The position numbers and the translations under genes were made by a program. The notes under the pieces were generated by a model that searched no databases, had not been told where the DNA came from, and worked only from the letters and a program-made list of their open reading frames with translations. Shown piece after piece: positions 1-14,000 of a stretch of DNA of 64,000 nt. The DNA is from Oikopleura dioica (lineage: Eukaryota > Animalia > Chordata). The stretch spans positions 15,387,208 through 15,451,207 of the forward strand of contig OU015568.1 in NCBI GenBank assembly GCA_907165135.1, written 5' to 3'. The stretch's first letter is position 1, and each line of letters opens with the position of its first letter.

Positions 1-1484
1 TCAAAACTCCTTTCAGACCCTGACTCAGGTTTTCTTCACAGGTTGACCAGCTAAACCCAACTCTTTTTTTATCTTTGCAGTGTACCTCAGGTGGGAATCT
101 GATTTTTGAATTTCATTAAAAAGCTATATGAAGCTGATATCATCAGCCTGATAGATAAATTCGTTATTCGAAGAAGTCATTGTAGAAATCAGTTTTTCCG
201 TAAAACGTTACCGTAGTTTAGAAAATGGTCTTTCGTTATTTATTTTAGGACTAAGAATCGTCCGGAAATCCAAAAGTCAAAAATCAGGGCTCGATAATGG
301 CCGGTTTATTTTTATAAGCTTGGAAGGCATTTTAATCGATCCCTCTGGCCCCAGAGCTAGAGACAGACCGATGCATTTATAACTCATTAGGGATTGTTTG
401 GCTTAGTTCGAGTGATCACAACATTCTAGCTGCGTTTTTCAGCTTTCGGCTGCGTTTATTTAAACTCACTCATTGCGCTGCATGTTGCTCAATCACGTGA
501 CAACAGTAACATATGCGGCCCACTTTCGTAACAAGGTTTTTCTATCCTCAGGTCGTGGTGGGGATATCTTTACTTAGATATCCAGCCCAAATAGGAGGGT
601 TCCTTTGGGTATTTGTGAATTTTAAGGGTGCCAAAAGGGTGTTCCAAAAGTTTGCCAAAATCGACTTTGACACCCTTAACCATGGTTTTGTTTGGTATTG
701 CAAGTACCCATTTTTTGAGTCAAATGATTACGATGTTCAATTTCCATTCTGAATTGATTATCGCTCGTCAGAATCGCTTGTTGCTATTTCTCGTTACATA
801 TTGTAAGCACTTGCTCCTTATTCGAATCGTTCTTTTCAGCCATTCTTGCATACGAAATTACAGTAATCGTAGGAAACCCTAAAATTTCTTTTTCAGGTAG
901 AGCTTAATTTAAGACGTGTCTCTTTCAGCTTTAATCCCGAGAAGTCCCTTAGATCATAAGATTCATAACCTAGGGTTGTATGACTCGATGACGCCAGAGC
1001 TTTAAAAATTTACTGTTTTTATATCCGGGTCAATCTCCGAAGATCTTTTACATCTTTCTCGTAAAATCATGATTGTCAGAATTCTAGCGCAAAGTCCTTC
1101 ATCTAAATATCTTCTCAAAATTTATTTCTGGAGAGCATTTTTTATTTCGAAGAAACTGATTATAACCGTGTTGTCTAACACAGCTATTTTCATTCTCATT
1201 ATTTTTGATGATAATATTTTCGCAAAACGAACCTGTGTTTTTCGCCAAATGAACAAGACATTCACCATCACTACGAAGAAAATTAAATTATCCATCTCAT
1301 AATTGCAATAAATTGCTGCTTGACCCTCCTTTGTTTTCAGACTCGACCCTATTCAATTGAGAAACACTGTGGATTCTCGTCTAAATTTTAGAGTAAACTA
1401 GCGCTTTATGTAGGAAATGAAAATTAAATCTTTAGACTTATAGAAAAAAAAACGGGGCACCACTTTAACGGGCTAGTTCCTTAA

Positions 1485-2251
1485 GGACCCCCCCTCGTCA
1501 ACAATTTTCCTCAAAAAATCGAAAATTTCAAAACAGCCATATTTTTGCTTCTTAGTGTGCCTGGAAGTTCAATTCATCATAAAAACTTGTTCGGAGCACT
1601 TTTTGACCAATAAAAATCCAAAATTTTTGCAAAAATGGGACTTTTAAGTCATTTTTTGTCAAAATGTTCGATTTTCAAAGGCGATTTTGAGGGTGTTAGA
1701 GTCGAGATAGACCCCAAAAAAATGAAGTCTCAAAAGGAAAAGGAAATATCTGTAATCAGTAATGTTCTTGATTGACTGTTACGTAAGGAATTACACGCTA
1801 AAATGTCTCCCTGCTGCGTAAATAAAGGCTAATAGGAGCACTTAAAACGGGATGGGCCTGGGCAGCGTGGATTCCTTATCACTAGTTGTCAGGATGGGAC
1901 AATATCTTGTCACGAACGAGTGGCCAAAATGCACACCAGCGGCTGTCCGAAACAAGTCATTCGCATTGTAATAAGAAAACAGTAGCTATAACAACAGTCT
2001 GATGACGTTGGTGAAATAATACTAGACGTGGGTAGAAAGGGGGCTAATTGTCAGTTACGAGTTCATTTCTTGACGCAGCAGAATTAACCTCAACACCAGC
2101 ACTTTTTCTCAAGGGCGTGTTTTTTGCGTCTTCTAATTGTACAATTTTTTCGGCTCAACTCTCAGAGGAGCTACAGTAACCCTATTCTTATTGTGCAAGC
2201 AAGAGGAAAGAGTACTTCCTGTAAAAATACCATCAATAACGAGGAGGGCCC
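1485..2251. mobile_element. TTAA-flanked TIR element
   Basis: TTAA|GGACCCCCCCTCGT at the left end and ACGAGGAGGGCCC|TTAA at the right end. Confidence 0.55.
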
Positions 2252-5200
2252 TTAACGTAAGGAAGAAGTATTTAACATTTGTTTTGAGTTCCAATGAGAA
2301 CCTTTTAAAAAGTCAGCCAAAGTGGCGAGATCTAAATTCTGAGAAACTGGGAATAGCGAATTTAAAATTGAACACACTTTTATTTCCAATTTTCCAATTA
2401 GATTCCCGGCTTCAGTAAAAGCTCGAAAATAAGGGGTAATGATCGCATTCGAAAATTGAGTTATTTAACGCGAAAGCTGAGCGAGCGGAAATTGCCGATC
2501 TTACCCGGTTATTTAAAGAATACGCTGCTATTTTCTACCTGCGCTGAAAATAAAGCTGGTTAAATAAGATAAGAAATGATCTGACTAAAAGATAACCGTT
2601 TCATTCTCACTCCCTTATTCTTGCTAAATAAAAGCCAGTGTCTGTATTTTTTTATTTAAAAATGTTCTTTTGAAAAATTTGTTTTCCTCCCCTGAGAAAT
2701 GCGCCGTTTCTTACGGTAGCCAAAACAAAGCGTAAAAAACTCGCGATAAGGATATTTTGATGACAACGAAATTGGCTCCCTTTGGCGCATAATTACCAGC
2801 CGAGCTGAACGTTAGGGTTCTATCGACAGGGCGTTAGGGCACCTGTTGATGCGGGGGACGATTCGCTCGAACGGATGTCGAACTAAAATCGAGCACTAGA
2901 AATCAACGCGAAAGATTGGTATTTGTGAGTCAACAAAGTAGCAACAGCTGGATGCGATTTTCAAGTTCTAAAAATGAGTCAGTGGCAAATGTTACCTGCT
3001 TTCTTGGAAAAAATGAAGAGTGTCTCCGGTTTTCTTTCGATTATTTCATGACTCAAAGGTCTTCCTTAGAAGCATTAGTAGCTTCCGAAATGATTGAATG
3101 CGCTTGCTTCTTTTCAAAAACCAATGACTGCTGGGGAAATCCCCGATCGTAGCGAACCTGGCGGATATCGCTCCGATCTTCTTCCGGATAACCAGCCAGT
3201 AACGTGTTCTTTGAATTAATGTTCTAGCCCCAGAAATACAGGAAAAGCTGAAGTTTTATGGTAAAAAGGGTTCCATTGAAAGTCATTCTAAAGCCGTCAA
3301 TTCTAGCTGTCGCCTATCTCCCAGGATTAGGCGCGAATCAAAGACTCTAAGGCGCTTTTTCCTTACATGTGTCTTTCCAGCTTGAGCAAGATCTCTCCTA
3401 CTTAGTCGTCATTCATTAACATAAACAGCTTCGTAATAGGAAGAAGAGCTGAGGAAGCAGCTCTGAAAATGTTTCGTGGAAATTGAGTGCTCCTTAGACT
3501 AAGGGTTTGTGTTTCCTCCCCAGCAAGTGTTTATTTTGAGCAGTGTTCCGAAAAGACACAGTTATTTTCTCGAAAACCTGGAATTAAAATAGCATCAGGG
3601 CACTTTTAAAGAAGTAGACTCTACTACTGTCTAATTTCGAATGAGGAACTGTAGTTTCTCGTCTAGTTTTCTGAAGAAAAATATAATAAGGGGCCCTCTT
3701 TTTTGTTAATTTCTCATTTTTTTTGGAAAAAAAACTTCGTCTTTTTTGATTTATGCAAGATTTCTTCTGAGCAAGGTTGAGCAATTTTTGCTGCAAGCTA
3801 AGCTTCTGGGTATTTGTTAGGTCGCCTCTCGGCATTATGATTTCATTCCATTGTGAGCTCACTATGTTAGTTTGGATGCCTTTCGAATTTTCGGCCTTGA
3901 TTGAGTGCCATTCTTGGGCGGATGGAAATTCTTCCGCAAAACACTCGGAAGTCTTTGTGTCTTGGCGTGTACCCGAGACGGGCTGCGAAGAATCACCGCG
4001 CATTCCTTTCTCCAACTTTTCCGACTCCGGGTTAGCCATCCCAGCCCATTCAAGAATACTCCAGCTCACTAAGCTTATGCAGTATACAAACCGCCGATTC
4101 GAGCCACTTTCGCTAGAACTACAAATTCTGACTCAACCCCAAATCAAAACCGAATTCGACTCCAGAATCTCAAAAAAAAATCAAAAGCGCTAGAAATTGA
4201 GAATTTTATCATTCAAAAAAGACGAAAAAATGTCCTCAAAATCTTCGAATTTGAAATTTTCTCGAGATAAAACTCGCGAAAATCAAATTGACAGGGAGTG
4301 TTCTTATCTTGCGGCCGCTATCTGTTGCATAATTAGGATTGGTACTGACCTTATCGGCGAAATTCACGGAATAAGGAGCGCCAAGTGGGCAGCTTCCAAA
4401 AGGTTCATTATGTAACACGTCGAGCTCCACGACGCGTTAGATGTATCACCTCTCTCTTTTTTCTCCCGTTTGATGTTGAAATGAAAATTCATTGCAAGTT
4501 CTATTTAGCTAAGCGGCGAAAAACGTGCATTTCTAACGATTCCAAAATATTCCCGAATCTAAGCTAAAATCTTTCATTATTTCGACATAGAAGTTTTTCT
4601 CCTTAGGTTCATCCTAGGTCGTTTAATCTGCTTGTTCTTTGGTTGAACCGGTTAGACCGCCCGCTGGTTGAAAAATTGACAGCTGATCAGACAGAAGATT
4701 TCACAGCGGCTCAAGAATCGATCATTTACGGCGGGAAGCGGCAGCTATTTGTCAGTTCTAGTGGTCAAACCGGGCCCGTTTAGACTTCACATTTCAGCCG
4801 TCACGTTTTTCGCTTTTGAGCTCAATCATAATCTATTCAATCGCCTTCCCCTCCCTTAATTTTGTTTTCTTAAAAGTACAGTAATCAGAAGATGTTTTAT
4901 AATATCAAAGAGCGCGTCAAATTCCGCGATTTGAAATCGCTTATTTTCAAAATAAAATTTCCAACCGCTCCCTACGTTCAACAGCATAGATTTTGGCCGA
5001 TTTAAAAATTAATTTCTCGGAACTTACCGAGCCCCCAAAATGTGCTCAATGACAAGTAAGAGTCTTTATTACAGTCAACTACTCGAATTTCGTCGTTTTT
5101 TTCTTCCGAATAAAATATGGGGCCCCCATTTTTAGGAATTTCTTGAAGACAGCTTAGTCCTTTGAATGGGGACCCCATATTTTAATTTATAAAAGACGCG

Positions 5201-6796
5201 TAGTCCAAGTGATTTCCCTAAGTCGGTTTTCATAACTTCGTTAACACGTTTTTAGGCTACCAACTTTCGTTTATCATTTTTAAAAATGAGATAATTTGTT
5301 TTGCGTAAATGACGATAATGGTAAGCAGTGATCCTTATTTTCCAAAAACACTTCTTATAAAGAAAAGATCGGTGATTACGAATTAGTGTCGATTTTAAGC
5401 AATCATTATCTCCATATTTTTAGTTGATGGAAAAACAAGAATTAATGCCATTGTTTTTGAAATGCGTGTTTTTTGTTGCTCGGGAGCTCGAATTTTGAAA
5501 GTGAAACGGGCTTGCATTGTAAACTCGGCGCATATTTTCAACTGCAACAAGGAAAAAAATGAAAAGAAAGGCAAATTAAGAAGAGCCGCGTTCAACAAAA
5601 ATAAGGGACAGCGAGCTTCATGCGCATATGACGGGTAAAGTACTTGTGAGAGTAAGGGACACCACGCCTCGAATTTCCATATTGCGACAGTCGAACAATC
5701 TTTACACGCTTTCAACGTTTTTGACAAGGGTACAGTCAGCCCTAAAATTGAACTTCATTTTCATAATGACCTAAATTGACAATTTTATTCAAAAGCAAGT
5801 TGTTCTGATAAGGGCGTCACTATGTTAAAGATTTGTAGACTTTTAATTGACCACAAACACAACTTACTTGCTTCCCGCTAAAGATCTTAAGAAGAAAACA
5901 AATGTTTCAATAATTAATTATCTTCGAAAATTAGCACGACGAAAATATTTTCCCAAAATGAAGATATTGTCTGTTTTCACATTTTTAGAGTCGTTAGTTA
6001 GTCCATCCTGACTTTGAAATTTACTCCTACGGCGGCCACGTTTTCGAATCTAGCAACGCTCAAATGACCTGTGCAGCTTTCTGTACATGATTGAATAAAT
6101 CAACGTTAAGGGAATCGACTGATGTAGATTCCAGTGAACGCGGCTGCCCCGTTTCACGGTTCGATTTCGCAGCGTGAGTCCCTTCGAGATCATCCCCCGG
6201 CGACCTTTCCAAAATTCATCCGATCTAGACCAAATCAAGCTTCTACTTCGGTGCACGTCACTTGGAAACGCTTATCACGGCTCACACCATTTCCCGGAAC
6301 TCGCCAAAAGCTTCGATTTCTCCTGAGATTTGGGAGGGAAGTGAGGCTGAAGGAGACAGAAATTCACAATTATTTCTTTTGAATTTCGAATGAAATTCTC
6401 CTGACAAAGCGAAATTCCTCCGATTGAATACTCGTTTTTGATAGTTCAGTGCTCACTGCGTATTACGTTCATTTTTTCGTGAGAAGTGGAAAATTCTAGC
6501 TCTGGGGATTATTTCCGCTTTACACGAAATGGGTTGCCTCGTTGAATCAGGATTAGCATGTGACGCGAATTCGAAATGAAAGACGCGAAACGGGGCCGGA
6601 ATTCGCTCCTCGGTCGGAAAAATGCGGCAAGGCCCAAACCAAACGTTCAGTCAACTCTTGCCTTCGCCGGAAATCTGACGCTTAGATTTTTTCGGGCGAA
6701 TGATTTGGACCGAACCCGCGGAGGAATTTACTTTTTTATATAAGTTCCTTCTAAGAAAATCCGCTTTCAATAAAACGTCAAACCTGAATCCGGCAT

Positions 6797-6940
6797 CCTG
6801 CGTAGAAAACCTGACTCAGGATACAACAAATAAACAGTTATTTAGGCGAAGCCGCTATGCGGCTTCGTTTAAAAAAAAGCCGCCACGCGGCTTTCAGAAA
6901 AAGCTCCATTTGATGAGCCTGACTCAGGTTTTTACACAGG
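6797..6940. mobile_element. CCTGAGTCAGG family MITE with two internal hairpins
   Basis: CCTGCGTAGAAAACCTGACTCAGG and CCTGACTCAGGTTTTTACACAGG. Internal hairpins are GAAGCCGC-TAT-GCGGCTTC and AAGCCGC-CAC-GCGGCTT. Confidence 0.7.
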
Positions 6941-9076
6941 TTACCGGGTGCGGGGAAAATATTGAAGCGATATTTAATTTCTCTCGGCTGAAGGATTTTT
7001 TTCACAATACAGTATTGTGCATTTCTTATCGGAAAATTCAAGACCTGCCCCTTTCGGAGAATCTTTGAAAATGCGCTAATCTCAAGTTGGAGGAAGCGCT
7101 GAGCCGCTTTTTCGCATCGCTAAGATTCCGGAAAGTCCTCTCTCAACGTTTTATCTCGGTAAGAAAAACACGGAGCCAGTGTTATCGAATATTCTTGAAA
7201 TAATTTCTTTTGTCGAGTGGCGGCTCACTTTGCGCGTAAAAATATCTTCGAACTTCTATCACTCCAGTCACGTGGGCAGATACCGTAAAACCGAAAACGG
7301 TTTTTCTTTCGAATTTAAAATCAAACACTTCTCCTGCTTTTAAAACTCCACTGTTTTTCTGGCGACGATCTTGGGCGCGTTTTTCCAAGTAGAAAAGGGA
7401 TCAAAAGTATAAGAGTCTTGATCTTCAAATTCTTCTATCAAAAAGATCAGAAATAATAAATCGCCGCTGAATTTTTTTTATAAATTTATCCCAATTTTAA
7501 GGGGACAAAATAATTCTCCGAAATAACTGATAAAAACGAATAATCAGCTCGAAACACTCTTTATCGGTGAAAAAAAAAACGTAAAGTTCGCGTTTTTGCA
7601 ATTATCGAAAAAACACTTGTCCAGCACGTTGTTCCTTCGGTGGAGATAATAATCGTGTAGAACAAGCGGATTATCTACAAAAGGATACTAATAACGAGAA
7701 ATCGAAATGGTATCAAGAGCAGAGCATAATTTAAGGAAGTCGTCGTCTCCGTCCGGACTCCAATTCTGAAACGTGGGGAGCAGCACTTTCTATCTGATCG
7801 AGAAATGACAACTGTGACGATCTTGGAACGCAACAAATTTTGCCAATTAAATTCCAAGCAAATTGGCATCTTTTAACTTCAAAATTTCTTATTCATTGAA
7901 AAATTATGGGACTTAAATTTCATGTTACGCCGAATTTGGCTTTCTCTGACGTTGTGTGCTTAAAAAAGGATTAAACTAAGGCTTGCTGTCTGAGCCATCT
8001 TTAATCTTCAAAATCCCGTCTGAAAAACTCCTCGCTGAAAGCACTTACTCAAGTCAGATTCCGGTCTCAATTTTTGTCTTGATTTCTGCATCAAAAACTA
8101 AATTCTCCTCATTACTAGAAAAAATAGGGATCAACAATTATAACTTGATTTTTGAATAGAAAAATTAAGCTTTTTTGAAATGATTTTCTTCAAAAAAAGT
8201 AACTCAATCATGAATTCCGTCAATTATAAGCATTTTTTTCTTCATCTATTGATTTTTGCTTTGGCTTGGTTTTTCAAAGTTAGCGACTGTCCTTCTTTAG
8301 AGCTAAAACAAAAAGTGCTTTTAATTTAAGCTTTTCGTTGCGTGTCTATTTTTGCGCTGACCCTTTTGGTTTGGCGCCGCTCAACTCAGATTATTTCCAA
8401 AACAGAGCATTCGCGGAGCAATTAGTCCATCAGCTCTTTTTTGATCTATCGCCGATCAAATATGAAAATTTTGAGTTTTTAGGTTTCAAAAATTACCAAA
8501 GCGACTTCCACGTGAGCGGCGTTTAAGCGACCTCATCCGCTTCCGACAGAAATCATGATCGACTTTCCGCTTTTAACTTGCTTGAATTTCGCTGAAAAGC
8601 GACGTAAGCACTTTTGATGAAAGAATTTTAATTTATGCTTCGCTCAAAAAAAAAGGAAATCCGGAGTTGAGTAACATTATTCATAACGTAAATATTTCAC
8701 GTTCGCTCCAAAGTCCGTCTTTTTAGCACAGTCAGTGTAACACAGTAACATTACATTCTTCAATTATTAAATGCTCAAGAGTTAGCTTCCTCGAACCGCT
8801 CTCGATGCAATATTCTAAAGCGGATGTTGCTGCACTTTGTCCCGTTCAAAAAGATAGTGCCGCGCTTTCATCTTTAAGACGCAAATGCCAAAAAGTGATA
8901 AACAAGGAGAACGTTTCTCAAAGTGAAATTTGAGCATAATAATCAACGTTGGAATATTCCTGAGCCACAAAAGACGAGTTTGAGTAGTCTAAAGCTGCTG
9001 ATAACTGGCCTTATCAACCAGTCCTCGAATGCTTCCAAAAGTAACTCGAAAAGTTGAAGTTTGTTAGAACAGTTTT

Positions 9077-11965
9077 TTATTGTTTTTGATATTTAATTAC
9101 TGCAGACTGTAACATCTTTAATAATGATTCTTCTGAATTCTCTTTCTTTTGGCCTTAAATTAAAAATAAATTTATAAAAATATAAATAAATATCACCTCG
9201 ACCTGGAGTAAGAGTAATCGAAAACGCTTGTTTCAGAAGATACCATTTTTCAGTATCCATATTAAAATTTTCATTCACCAAAGCTGTTATCTCGTTGTTT
9301 GGTCCGAAATCGACGAAATCATTGAAAGTGTTTTTGCAATAAACCATCACTTCGTAAGAAGCGTAGAATTCTCTGGTAAGAGGAATCCTGATCTGAGAGC
9401 CGGAATGGTCGATGAGAGTGTTTTGTAGAATGAATTCGGAGTTTTCGATTCGGTCCAGCACCATTTGGTGGAAAAATATTGATCTGTCGGGATTGAGGTA
9501 GGCGCCCGTGACGGTTAATGGACGGGAGAAGGCGAAGTTGTGGTGGAGGAAGACTAGAATTATGATTTGATGTATCAATAACTGAGTAGTATACAAATAA
9601 TATTCCGGAAAAATAGAATTATTAACCTTGTTTATAATCGAAGTCACCCTTTATTATTCCGAAATATTTGCGTTTTTTAATTATTTCCCATCCACTTGGA
9701 TTCAAATAAGTTTCAAATTTCATTCTTCTGAGAAGCAATTCAATTTCGTTTGTTTGAAATTCTTGCTCTACTTTTTTCGGGTTGAGATTGAAGCCAGCCA
9801 AACTGCGCGGATAAATTATCATCGTCAGAAGAGTGAAGATTTTTTCGAGAGTAAAACTGTTTCTCATTCTCCAATCATCAATTTTCAAATCATTTTGGAG
9901 TGCCCATCGCAAAAGAACAGAAACCGAAATGGGGACACATAAATGGTGATACGGCCTAATTCTTCGGCTTGAAGGCCGAAGGATTGATGCGTATAAGAAC
10001 ACTGATTCTTCGGCAAAAACCGAAGAATAAGTGATAAAAGATACACTGATTCTTCGGCTTAGGAAAATTAATTCACAGATTCCTGAGGAATCATTCCCTT
10101 GCCCCTTACCACGGGGCTCCGCCCCTTAGGTCCTTAAATGCCGGGGTCTAGTCTATGGTTACTTAGGGTTACCTTCGGTAACCCTAACTAACCCTAGCCT
10201 ATCCCCCTCGGGTAAGTTTGCTCTGTCATTTTGCCCAGTGCCCCCTAACCCTAACCTCAAATTATAGAATGTTCTTATTGCTAAAAATGAGTTTTTCTCT
10301 AGAAAATGTCTTTTTTTGCATAAGTTATGACTCACAGGTACAATTCTCAAAAGATTTTCGACAATGGATTCTAGAAAATTTGCCGAAGAATCACTGTCAA
10401 TTTTATCATAAATCCTTCGGTTCAAGGGAATTCCCAATATGCCGAAGAATCAGTGTGAATGAAAGCATCAATTCTTCGGTCTTGCCGAAGAATCAGCCCA
10501 TACCACGACATAAATTGCTTTCTTTTGGTTTAAAACATTCTTCGTCACATTTTCGAAATCGAAATTAATTTGTCTTGTTAGTTTGTGTTTAAGATTGGCC
10601 ATTGCTGAAGACTTCGTTAGATTCGGATCGTCCAGGCAAAAATCAGAAGCCGCGTTTTTTAAAGAAATGATCGTGGAGATTCTTTTGATTTGGTCGATTG
10701 ATGGAGAAAAACGTAACAGCCATTCACCATTACACGCCTAGAAAATATTATTTTCAAACGCGGCAATCAACACTTGCCTTCAGTTCTTCTTTGATTTTTT
10801 GCTTTTCTTCTTTTTCGATCGGTTTGAAGAGAAGACTCCAGGCTGTTTTCCAATCGCAAAGAATCAGAACATGAAGTGGTGTTCCATTTACCGGATCAAA
10901 AGATATTGACTCTCCAAAAAGTTGATTATTTCCCGTATAAGCAGCGGAACCAGCATCTAAGACGAAAAATCAAACATGATCAAATAATTTTCAAAGAACA
11001 CAAGCTCAAAACTTACATAAGAGTTCATCACTTGTATATTTGCTCCCTTTCCTCGCGTAGCCCATTCTGCGATAGCTCTCCCTTCCAGTCGTTTCATAAA
11101 TAGTTCCAAAATCAACCCATTTGCATTGTTCGTTTTTCAATAAAATATTTTCCGGCTTCTTATCGCAGTGCAGAAGTCCAACGCTCTCCAAATACCCATA
11201 TCCCCTTTCCACTTCAATCGCAATCCTTTTCCGTTCTTCCAAGCTCAAATCTTCGTCTTTCAACCTGCTTCTCAAGTCGCAGTCGCACTTTTCCATGATT
11301 GTTATCCATCCAAGGCAGTCCTGCCTCTCCTCGTCTTTGCTCCCATAAATTTCGATGTTGCAAAAGTTCCTGACCACGTTCGGATGAACTGGAATAACTG
11401 AAGCGTCGACTTTTTCCTGGTTTTCAGCGATTTCGTAGTCTTTAATTTTATAATAAAATCCTAATAAGATTTTATGATTACCCTTAGAAAGATAAATCTC
11501 AAAGTCTAACTCTTCATTTTTCTCCGAAAACAGTGCCGAGTCAAACGCCTGAACCCGAACAGCAACATCCAGTTCTTCGAATTTTTCTTCCAAAACAATC
11601 GCTTCTCCTCCAGAAGAAATCATTTTTTGTTTAAGGAACTCATCGATAATCCATTTTCCTGTTTCTTCTTTGAGTTCGGAGCGGTTTATTTTTCGCCCTT
11701 TCACTTCCGGAATTTTGTCGAGAATCATTTTTTGAAATGAAGTTATTGCCCATTCGTTGCCAAAAACTTTTCCTTTCCCATTTTCAATGGTAACCTCTTC
11801 CCAGCGAGCACACCAATAGTCATGAAACTCGAGTCTCTCAACGGACAAAATCAGTCTGTCCAAGTCATCTCTGCTAGTGGTTCTCTTCAATTTCTTTTTA
11901 AAATCTTCCAACCATTCCTCAACAGCTTCTCTTGTCAACTCTTTTGGATGCGTCGTAATTTGCAT
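9077..11965 (-). pseudogene. Paralogous kinase-papain fusion gene, interrupted by a MITE at the catalytic Cys codon
   Basis: Same four intron positions as the 49-51 kb copy (11481-11440, 11016-10957, GC-AG 10777-10738, and about 9625-9553). Motifs SSGGEAIV, VAVRV, HCDKKPENILL, VDFG, NQK-x-SNLCVPIS and HQMVLDRIENSEFILQN. A 1-bp deletion at 10523-10526 and a 563-bp insertion at 9945-10507 disrupt the frame. The last exon is uncertain. Confidence 0.75.
9945..10507. mobile_element. Non-autonomous TIR element (MITE) with an 8-bp target duplication
   Basis: ACATAAAT is repeated at 9937-9944 and 10508-10515. The imperfect 24-bp TIRs are GGTGATACGGCCTAATTCTTCGGC and GCCGAAGAATCAGCCCATACCACG, with subterminal CACTGATTCTTCGGC repeats. 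A GG terminus plus 8-bp TSD resembles Merlin elements (inference). Confidence 0.85.
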
Positions 11966-12727
11966 TTTCCAAAGAACGAAAAATATAATTCAAAAAGTCA
12001 TTTTTTCAGCCGTTTTTTTCAATCGCTAAAGATCGTAAATCGGCGTTAGAGCGCTCACGTGATTCCCTTGTTACGACTTGCTACGGATGATCCGCATTCG
12101 AGAATAACAAAGATTGATATATTTTGGCGGTTAGACACTTCTTCCTCAAAATGGAGTCGCTTCCGTCTCACGTTAAATTCGCAGTTCATGTAATGACTTC
12201 ATAAATCGAACGCTATTGTAATTCAGAAGAGATGATCTCGCGAATTTCATGTCAATCTGTCAGCTCCTTCCAGACGTCGCGGAACCTTTTCAAGCGCGCT
12301 CGAAACCCTCGAACTCAACAAAACGGGCTCATTGTAAGACAACATTCAGAGAGACGCGCTGACGAGCTTTAGCACTTGTCGGAAATTGAATCATTTCAAA
12401 AGAACTTTCATAACTATGGAATAATTTATCGAATTTGTTGACGAAAGATCACTATTTTCAGCAGTCACAATAGCCAACGAGCATTCTAAATGATCGAGAA
12501 GTCGAGTTTAGACTTTTGTTGTAGTCGAGTAAAGTATTAGACTAAAAATATTAAATATATAATATGAAGACTATCAATATAAACATTATTTGTGACTATT
12601 AGACAGATTCCATATTGTAGCCGAATTTTTAGTCAAATAAAGCTTAAAGCCTAATAGACTTTTGAGTTGACTTTAGTCAAATCGAATTGGCTTGACTATT
12701 GAGTTTCTTACAAGAGCTGTTCAACCA

Positions 12728-12759
12728 ACCCTTACTCTAACCCTAACCCTAACCCTAAC
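12728..12759. repeat. Interstitial telomere-like (CCCTAA)n tract
   Basis: CTTACTCTAACCCTAACCCTAACCCTAAC. Related tracts lie at about 10165-10260, 38935-39030 and 57820-57860. Confidence 0.7.
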
Positions 12760-13199
12760 TTATATGTCCTTGATCTTAGATCGTTGATAATGAGTCCTTA
12801 TTATTTGTTTAAAATTATTAAGATTTTCATTTTTTGAAACATCATCTTTGGATTGCCTTTTTATTCAGAACAAAGAAAAGAAATTAGCGCACGTAATTTC
12901 TTTCCTCTTCGAATAACAAATTTTAGAAAGAGCGAAAAATAATCATCATCTTGGAGAATGAAACAAGACTGATTGAGAAACACAAAGAGTTTGAGAGGTG
13001 GTCCTTTTTTAAATGCAGGAGGAGATTGCTTTGTATTACGCTTTCTTTTTTTCTCTTTTTGAAGCCGCGTCAAATCTCCGTCTTTCCTGTTATTTTTGAA
13101 AATAAGCGCGCGTTTGCCAATTAACCGAGCGGTTGAACTAAAACTCGTCGCTGAAATAAACAAAATCGTGGTTTACGGGCTTGCATATTTGTCCTTATG

Positions 13200-14000
13200 C
13201 CAGATCAGCTCCGGACTCTTTCTAAACTATTTAGCACTAGAGTTAAACTTACAATCGGCTTCGATCGATTTTTCGAGCAAGAAAATCAAAGTTCCTAAAG
13301 CAGGTTTTATTCCTTCATCCCGAATTAATCTTTGTCTATAAATTGTTGAAAAATAGAATTACAACGAGAAATTCTCCATCTGAAAAGCTCAATTCCTAGC
13401 AAGACAAAATCTCGAATTCTAGCGCACGCAGTAGCTCCTGAATTTATTGATTTGGATTATGAAACACGAGTAGAAGCATTTCGCACCTGCAGAGTTTAAC
13501 AAAATCGGGAATAGCAAGCTTGATGTTTTTCTCTTCCAAAACATGAAAAAACGATCATTTAAGATTTGAGAAAGTTGCAGTTGAAAGATCATTCAACATT
13601 CCGGGGTATCCAGAAATCCCTGGTTCTCTAAAATGCCAAAGATAGCTTGTACGTTCTAACAAAGGAGCTCGACGCAAATAACTTCTGTAATCTCGAGAGT
13701 GGAATGTCTGTCCCAGAGCCACAAACAACTCAGGTTCAATAAAGCTATTTTCTCCTGAAATGTTTTTTAATCATTGATTTTGCGCCAAATCTTGCAATAA
13801 ATTTGATCGTAAAAATTCAAAAATATAGCTGGCATTTCCAAAAATATCGAGTCGCCTCGGTATTGAGTTGTTAATCTGGTGCTGGTTTATCTTATTGGAC
13901 TCACGATGCTTATATGAACGATTCTGTTTTTGCGAATTTTCTTGTTCGCACAGGCTTACAACAAAAACAACTTCTTCTTACACATATTTTTTCGCGAAGT
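13200..14000 (+). other. Possible degenerate gene with a C-type-lectin-like segment
   Basis: Protein-like frames such as LQREILHLKSS...FRTCR and KDSLYVLTKELDANNFCNLESGMSVPEPQ need a frameshift to join, so the call is weak. Confidence 0.25.

Noticed and set aside
3584-4193. Overlapping 138-161 aa ORFs
   Set aside because: No recognisable motifs or consistent splice model; may be an exon, but it cannot be supported.
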